Below are positions 19,901 to 25,095 of a stretch of DNA of 31,016 nt, one piece after another. Numbering within the stretch: position 1 is the first letter of the stretch; each line of letters starts with the position of its first letter. The notes beneath the pieces were generated by a model. It saw only the letters and a program-made list of their open reading frames with translations. It was not told the DNA's origin and did not search any database. Position numbers and translations under genes: made by a program. This DNA is from a virus. Lineage: Duplodnaviria > Caudoviricetes. The DNA is taken from positions 1-31,016 of IMG/VR virus record IMGVR_UViG_3300025647_000171. One strand, given 5' to 3'.

Positions 19901-22900
19901 TCAAATTTATTCATACGAAACACTTGATACAGGATATCAATACATATTCAATTCACCAAATCCTTCAACAACAGTTTTTGGAGGCGATACCTTTATTAGC
20001 AGATTTGCATTTAAGACAAAGCTTCCTTTCTTTATTGATAATAGAGTTAATGCTCCTGATGATAGTGACATCTTCTATGATGAGATAGGTAATGTTTCAT
20101 ATCCTAGATATTGGCATTCTTCAAGATCTATTCTTGAAAATTACAGTATTCCTGAGCAAGGTGTAATGGCAAATATTATTTCTTACAAGGCTCACAATTT
20201 TGATTGTTCTAATGAAGTAAGTACAGAAGTAATTATTGATGAATCTACATCAACTACAACCACAACATCAACCACTGGTAATGGTGAGGTAACTGTCAGC
20301 ACCACTGCAACTTATTACGATGGTTATTTTTACTTATTTGCTTATGGTGTTCCTAATTTTTATTGTGAGAGTTCTTACAATACAGATCTTAGACAAGCAT
20401 TCAATAATAGAGAGGGTGATTTCTGGCCACACGTTAGTACAAGTATTCCTGATGATTGGCTTCAGGAAAATTTTGTAAGTATTCAAAACGATAACACTTA
20501 CTATTACAATACATCATTCTCAAAACAGAATAGAGAAAATACATTTACACATCTCCCTCCTGATTGGGAAGATAAATTATGCTTTACTAATTATCCTTTT
20601 AGAACAATCTATTCTGATCTTCAGAATACAGATGCTGACAATAGAGTGAATAATTGGTTAATCTATAGAGCTGTTTCATACTTTGATTTTCCTCAAAACT
20701 ATGGAGGATTAATATCTCTTGATGGAATTCAAAATCGTGCTATTCTTGCAAGATTTGAGAATAAGACATTGATGTATAACAATCTATTAACGATTGATAC
20801 AAGCAATCCTCAAGCAGCTTATATTGGTAACCCAAGCTTGTTCAGAGGTGCTCCTCCTATTGACTTTGCAGAGACTGATCTAGGATATATAGGCAGTCAA
20901 CATAATATGTTGCTCAAAATTCCTCAAGGTCAAGTCACTATTGATTCTAAACGTGGTCAAGTATTTCTAATACAAGGTACACAAGCAATTGATTTATCTG
21001 GATTTGGATCAGGAATGAATAGATTCTTTACAGAGCATTTACCATTTGAAATTAGTAAGAAGTTTCCTCAAATTGATATTGACAACCATTTCAAAGGAAT
21101 TGGGCTACATGGTGTATACGATGCAGTGTACGATCGTGTAATTATTACAAAACTTGATTATGCACCCAAGTCCAATAATATTTTATATGATGATGTTGAA
21201 AATAAATTTTATGTAAATGATCCATTTAAAAATTACATAGAACTATCTAATTTAGAATATTTCTGCAATGTATCTTGGACACTTTCGTATAACGTAAATA
21301 CTAAGAGCTGGATAAGTTTCCATAGCTACATGCCTAATTGGTACATAGCAGAGAATAATTATTTCTACTCAGGCATCAATGATTGCTGTGAGAAGTTTGA
21401 CTTCTTGGTGGGTACACTTATTCCTACACCAAGTACAACAACAACATCAACAACTCCACGGCCAACTACAACCACTACAAGTACAACAGTAGTACCACTT
21501 GATTGTACGTACGATGCAGTTGTTGTAGAAATAGATTGTGCACTAGAAGGAACTGGTGAAATTATATCAGCCGACTGTGATTTAGATGGGACTGGAATTA
21601 TTTTATTTGACCCATGTAAATTGATTGGTGAAGGTGACGTGCTAAATGCAGATTGCATATTGATAGGTGAAGGTGAAACTTTTATGTTATCTTGCGATGA
21701 CTTATTTAGTGAAGCTTTAGGCAATGAATATCCAAGAACAAGTTTAGTAAATTTAGGAGAATCTACAGGAAATGTAACTTTGTACACAACTGTTTCAGCA
21801 AGACCTGTAAGACATGTAATTACTTTTGATGGCGATAAAATAATTGATACAGGATTCATTTCAAATTCATCAACATATTCTATAGGTGAGCTTAATAGAT
21901 ACATATTTATTTCTTATTTATCTGGTAAAACTGATGCTATTACAGGTAACGTTTATCCTGATTTTACAAACTATCCTTTTGATGGATATCCAGATATAAC
22001 TGTTAAATTTTCAGGAAACATTGCTTCATTTATAAAAACTTCAGCAACTCCTTCGGTTGCGGTTGTACAAGATTATCCAGGAACATCTACAATTACAGCA
22101 CTTTCAAGAAATTTATATTGTCCAGGAACTTCACAAACTACAACTAGTACAACTACAATAAATTTTAATTATTCAGATTGTGAAGTTATATTTAACTTAT
22201 CTGACGGAAGTTTGTATTCTTATAATCCTGATACATCATTTACAACTTATTTAGGTAAAACCGTAAGAGGTGTTGATGTAGCAATGACCAATGATAAATT
22301 ATGGATAATTACAGCATCAAGAATTGTATACGAATATGACATTACATTATCACCTTGGTCAATTACTCCAAATAGAACAATTACTGGATTTAGTACATCT
22401 GCTGGTCTTGAAGTAATAAATAATTCAACTCTTGTTTATGGAGGTTATTCAATAATGCAAGGTGATATTTCAGGTTCTTCAACAATAGGAACTTTGTTAT
22501 TTAATCTTCCAGATGCTTCACAAGTTGCTGGAGATATATTATACATAGAGAATTCAAATGAATATATAATTACTCACTTTTTGAACAGTAACTATTACAT
22601 AAGTAAATTCACTTCTTCTGGAAGTTTAATTGTTCAAAACTCATATACTGCTCCGACAGAAGGTCCAGCAAACACTTATGGAATATTTATACACTTAGAT
22701 AATTTATATATTGCTACAGGCAGTAATAGAATATATTCAGTTGACTGGGAAACATTGAGTCTTACATTATATAGTACTTTATCTTTTTCTAGTAATATAT
22801 TTGGAGCATCTCAACCTTTATCTTGTAGAATTTCACCTCCAGAAATTACTAATCGTACAGAAATTAATATTTGGTTTGATAACTCGGGATCGATGAATAG

Positions 22901-23756
22901 TACATTAATTCCGTTGCAGCAAATGAGGGATGATTTATTAAGAGATTGTGTAGGACCTTTATATGGATATGATCCAGCAGTTTCAGGAAGTGATGCGTTG
23001 TATAATACTAGAGTAAAAGTATTTAATTTTGATCCTGGTAATAGCCCAAACTCTTTAACATTTGAAAGATTTATTCGTCTATTAGGCACTGACAAAAACT
23101 TTTCAAGAACTACAGACACTTCAGTTAATCAAGTGCTTAATCTTACTTTTGCAGATGAATCTGATAATTATGGTTATGGAGGAAGTTCAAGTTTTAACAA
23201 TGCAACAAAAACTGCAATATATGATGAAGATGTTTCTTACACAAGATCACAAATACTTACAAGTCCTTACATAAATGGTATTGCTTTTCAAGTAAATACA
23301 GGACCGAATGCATTTCCTGGATTCAGAGGATTAACAGAATCAACTTTTGTTGACACTGGTGTTTACTTACCTCCTTACAATCTTAGCGATTTAAGTAACT
23401 TTAACTATGAGTTAGATGTAATTGCTGGAACAACTTCAGCATATTATTTAAGTAAAGTTGTATCAGGATTAAATACTTTAGGATTTACAATTTCATGTAC
23501 CCCATCTACAACAACCACTACAACTACAGATGTAAATTTTGCAATTGATATTTATGAATGTGGTGAATGTGGATCAATCTTTGGAATAGGATTAATTGCT
23601 TACGATGCAGGATATTCAATTGGGCAATATTTTGGACTTGATGATGGTAGAGTTGGTGAAATCATAGCAATTACTTCTTCTACACCAATAACTCACATTG
23701 CAACTAGTGGACCTTATCCAGATTGTGCAACTGCTCAAGCAGCTAATTGTCCTTAA
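16956..23756 (+). CDS. Muzzle / tail stabilisation protein, N-terminal major part, extended by ~790 aa of accessory domains
   Basis: Begins 'GLNLDQ...YALNA' and contains IYWTDGVNPRRY, IRHHKFPD, VFGGDTFISRF, GYIGSQH, DSKRGQVF, WTLSY...WISFHSYMP. After ~21400 come Thr linkers, Cys repeats, a propeller-like domain and a vWA-like domain. Confidence 0.75.
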   Translation: MAEQEESNVKQEFNNATTGLNLDQTLNQIQKGKLTYALNAAVENFDSNSVNYQNELGNEFCVKFPESFVLIGDHFIVEQNKHIFYITNPLTGDSQIGYMENNDCQYRVLVNSPCLNFDINHPIHKTVHRITNCSTEIYWTDGVNPRRYLDINDIPKILRSGSPLCSPIYTDDVDCNQLKLQPNFNIPILEVVDVVSGGNLIAGTYQFVIQYSDPSGNPFTSYYSVTNPTPIADEFVTSPNFNYPVGKSIIVNIANLDVTGQFDYYNLAVIKTINAISSVDLVGTFFIDNTSNQLTYTGQSIIQLAIGDIFEKFPYYEIAQDITVVQDVLVWDQLTSIDRINYQDIANKITLQWESYRIPATENYADEINATNLRGYLRDEVYSFEIVFLLKNGKQTDGFHIPGKVISTYEQLFPRIPASNPDFVGEPNPDTNDAPYWKIYNTATVSGFSPQYSPNKSYKGPYQYGEFSYWESVEEYPCNADVWGELAGQKIRHHKFPDVNISPIYESKVFSTSSGMTMGNDAVFPIGVKIDPSQITSALNSSSFTREEREDIVGYKIVRGDRGVNKSIVAKGILRNVGEYVRDEQSYYFPNYPYNDLNEDPFLTTTNNAYQSECEPFDIYITVLGSNPVDGLPLTRLQYYDCNNNKIVYKDYTELTTDQICSTQKPIIIIGGGDVGYANYDVYIIDDGAFNNWEAQWDDRFLGITTQTVYSREIRIEVIAGTVPVCIDNCNSLDDRDIVLSDQVRAGTSCGGVTLLNAFTDDSKYRQVFNSPETSFGQPFLGNILKLESVMFGTGKAHFTEVKDNAKYKLLTEAAQKSALDSSARLGAITSEFNATAMFTAYQAYLTIYVNGITRKNYAYSFNSIADYNYGVGIPDQQGVKQRKIDNIRYLIPGVQSVNDEFPINNWNRESSVYIKTEADTPALPYPDRSPNMVSGINSIVSERSRFTISEIGNCGSPGKEQPLQVVSYYGSIKNDVINQWGQIYSYETLDTGYQYIFNSPNPSTTVFGGDTFISRFAFKTKLPFFIDNRVNAPDDSDIFYDEIGNVSYPRYWHSSRSILENYSIPEQGVMANIISYKAHNFDCSNEVSTEVIIDESTSTTTTTSTTGNGEVTVSTTATYYDGYFYLFAYGVPNFYCESSYNTDLRQAFNNREGDFWPHVSTSIPDDWLQENFVSIQNDNTYYYNTSFSKQNRENTFTHLPPDWEDKLCFTNYPFRTIYSDLQNTDADNRVNNWLIYRAVSYFDFPQNYGGLISLDGIQNRAILARFENKTLMYNNLLTIDTSNPQAAYIGNPSLFRGAPPIDFAETDLGYIGSQHNMLLKIPQGQVTIDSKRGQVFLIQGTQAIDLSGFGSGMNRFFTEHLPFEISKKFPQIDIDNHFKGIGLHGVYDAVYDRVIITKLDYAPKSNNILYDDVENKFYVNDPFKNYIELSNLEYFCNVSWTLSYNVNTKSWISFHSYMPNWYIAENNYFYSGINDCCEKFDFLVGTLIPTPSTTTTSTTPRPTTTTTSTTVVPLDCTYDAVVVEIDCALEGTGEIISADCDLDGTGIILFDPCKLIGEGDVLNADCILIGEGETFMLSCDDLFSEALGNEYPRTSLVNLGESTGNVTLYTTVSARPVRHVITFDGDKIIDTGFISNSSTYSIGELNRYIFISYLSGKTDAITGNVYPDFTNYPFDGYPDITVKFSGNIASFIKTSATPSVAVVQDYPGTSTITALSRNLYCPGTSQTTTSTTTINFNYSDCEVIFNLSDGSLYSYNPDTSFTTYLGKTVRGVDVAMTNDKLWIITASRIVYEYDITLSPWSITPNRTITGFSTSAGLEVINNSTLVYGGYSIMQGDISGSSTIGTLLFNLPDASQVAGDILYIENSNEYIITHFLNSNYYISKFTSSGSLIVQNSYTAPTEGPANTYGIFIHLDNLYIATGSNRIYSVDWETLSLTLYSTLSFSSNIFGASQPLSCRISPPEITNRTEINIWFDNSGSMNSTLIPLQQMRDDLLRDCVGPLYGYDPAVSGSDALYNTRVKVFNFDPGNSPNSLTFERFIRLLGTDKNFSRTTDTSVNQVLNLTFADESDNYGYGGSSSFNNATKTAIYDEDVSYTRSQILTSPYINGIAFQVNTGPNAFPGFRGLTESTFVDTGVYLPPYNLSDLSNFNYELDVIAGTTSAYYLSKVVSGLNTLGFTISCTPSTTTTTTTDVNFAIDIYECGECGSIFGIGLIAYDAGYSIGQYFGLDDGRVGEIIAITSSTPITHIATSGPYPDCATAQAANCP
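21534..21689 (+). repeat. Four degenerate 39-bp (13-aa) tandem repeats, xCxLxG[TE]Gxxxxx
   Basis: DCALEGTGEIISA / DCDLDGTGIILFD / PCKLIGEGDVLNA / DCILIGEGETFML, starting at 21534, 21573, 21612 and 21651. Confidence 0.85.
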
Positions 23757-23774
23757 ACTTAAACTATTAATTAT

Positions 23775-24227
23775 ATGGAAATCTTATTAACATTAACAAC
23801 TGCTGGAGCTGATACAGGACCGTTTGATTTATATTCAGATGTGGATGGTTATTTTCCAGCTTTTGATACAGGAGTTGCAAAACTTGATCTTGAAGCAGGT
23901 TATACAACAACAGCTCCTTCTGGAACTACTATAGTTCGAGTACAATCGACAGGAATTTGTACAAATTATATTGATATAATACTTGTTGTTCCAAGCACGA
24001 CAACTTCAACAAGTACATGCCCTACTTATTATGAACTTGTTGGATGTTTGCCAGAAAATTATGCATTTACAACAATTTCTCCAACTCTTGGCATAGGTCA
24101 ACAATATGTTCTTCCTGGAGGCACAGTAATATATTACACATATACAGGAGCTAGTATAACAACTTGTACTGTTCCAGGACCATATAACGGATCAATTCAA
24201 ATTACAAATAATATAGGTTGTCCATAA
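23775..24227 (+). CDS. Virion accessory protein: 'GPF' domain + Thr linker + small Cys domain
   Basis: N-terminal ~70 aa paralogous to ORF 11279, PSTTTSTST linker, and C-terminus ending 'CP' like the muzzle ORF. Confidence 0.6.
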   Translation: MEILLTLTTAGADTGPFDLYSDVDGYFPAFDTGVAKLDLEAGYTTTAPSGTTIVRVQSTGICTNYIDIILVVPSTTTSTSTCPTYYELVGCLPENYAFTTISPTLGIGQQYVLPGGTVIYYTYTGASITTCTVPGPYNGSIQITNNIGCP

Positions 24228-24228
24228 T

Positions 24229-25095
24229 ATGTCAAAAACAATCACAATAAAGCTGATACGAATAGGTCCTAAAATGGGGCCTTTCACCATCAATGATGAG
24301 TGGGGGACTACTATTGCTACAGGTGTAACAGTTTCACAAGTTACACAAGGTATCAGTTATATTGTTGATGATAATGTAAACCTTATTAGAATAACTTCTG
24401 AAGGAAAATGTTCATATCAAAAAACATTTCCCGTAGGAGTTATTACAGAACAAGAATATCAAAATGCAACAGTAGAAACACTTTATACAGGTTGTGTATG
24501 GAGGCATATTGACAATCATACGATATATAACACCTTCTATGGAAACATAGAACCGTACATCATTGAATATCCATTCTCTTACAACTATCAAGATGAGATA
24601 TTGCAAAATGTAAAAGATTACAGCAAGGTGTACAAATATTTCAATGATCCTTACAATGTTTCAAACAACGTATCCAAGATTGAATTAGATAATGTTTGGT
24701 TCAATAAAGCTGTTCTTTACAATGGACAACAGTCAAGTGGTGTTCTAGTATTAGTTCCTAAACCAGTGAACAGTTTAAAGTCATACCTGCAATATCCAAT
24801 ATTGAATATTGATAGTAAGACAATCACTTATACAAAGAGTGATAACTTTTATCAATACAATACATTCTGGTCAATTGTAAAAAATAAACAAATTCCTTTG
24901 TTTGTGAGAACTTGTGAATCATTATCTCTTGATAAAGAGGTGAATCAAATAAACATGGACTATGGAACCAGATCATTTAAAAAAGAACCACTTAGAGCTA
25001 AGGAGTTAAAAGTAAGACACGTATTAGATAATCTCTCTGACGTGAATATAATTTCTCAATTCATCATCGCACCTGCACAAATATCTTATAAGTAA
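24229..25095 (+). CDS. Muzzle C-terminal fragment fused to a divergent 'GPF' domain
   Basis: 'VWRH...YNTFYGNIEPYIIE...FNKAVLYNGQQSSG...LRAKELKVR' resembles the C-terminal part of crAss-like muzzle proteins. The first ~70 aa resemble the 11279/23775 N-domains. Confidence 0.6.
   Translation: MSKTITIKLIRIGPKMGPFTINDEWGTTIATGVTVSQVTQGISYIVDDNVNLIRITSEGKCSYQKTFPVGVITEQEYQNATVETLYTGCVWRHIDNHTIYNTFYGNIEPYIIEYPFSYNYQDEILQNVKDYSKVYKYFNDPYNVSNNVSKIELDNVWFNKAVLYNGQQSSGVLVLVPKPVNSLKSYLQYPILNIDSKTITYTKSDNFYQYNTFWSIVKNKQIPLFVRTCESLSLDKEVNQINMDYGTRSFKKEPLRAKELKVRHVLDNLSDVNIISQFIIAPAQISYK

Noticed and set aside
21534-21689. CRISPR-like or DGR-type repeat array
   Set aside because: Units are degenerate, in-frame coding repeats without spacers. 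No adenine-specific TR/VR pair or reverse transcriptase seen in the window.
21365-21904. 179-aa minus-strand ORF and the other minus-strand or nested ORFs in the track
   Set aside because: All lie antisense to or inside long plus-strand genes, have no recognisable motifs, and are explained by sense-strand codon bias.
21374-24496. Intron or intein explaining the interrupted muzzle
   Set aside because: No LAGLIDADG/HNH/GIY-YIG or reverse transcriptase motifs, no intein C-terminal HN-[CST] junction recognised, and the inserted DNA encodes adhesin-like domains with normal gene starts and stops.
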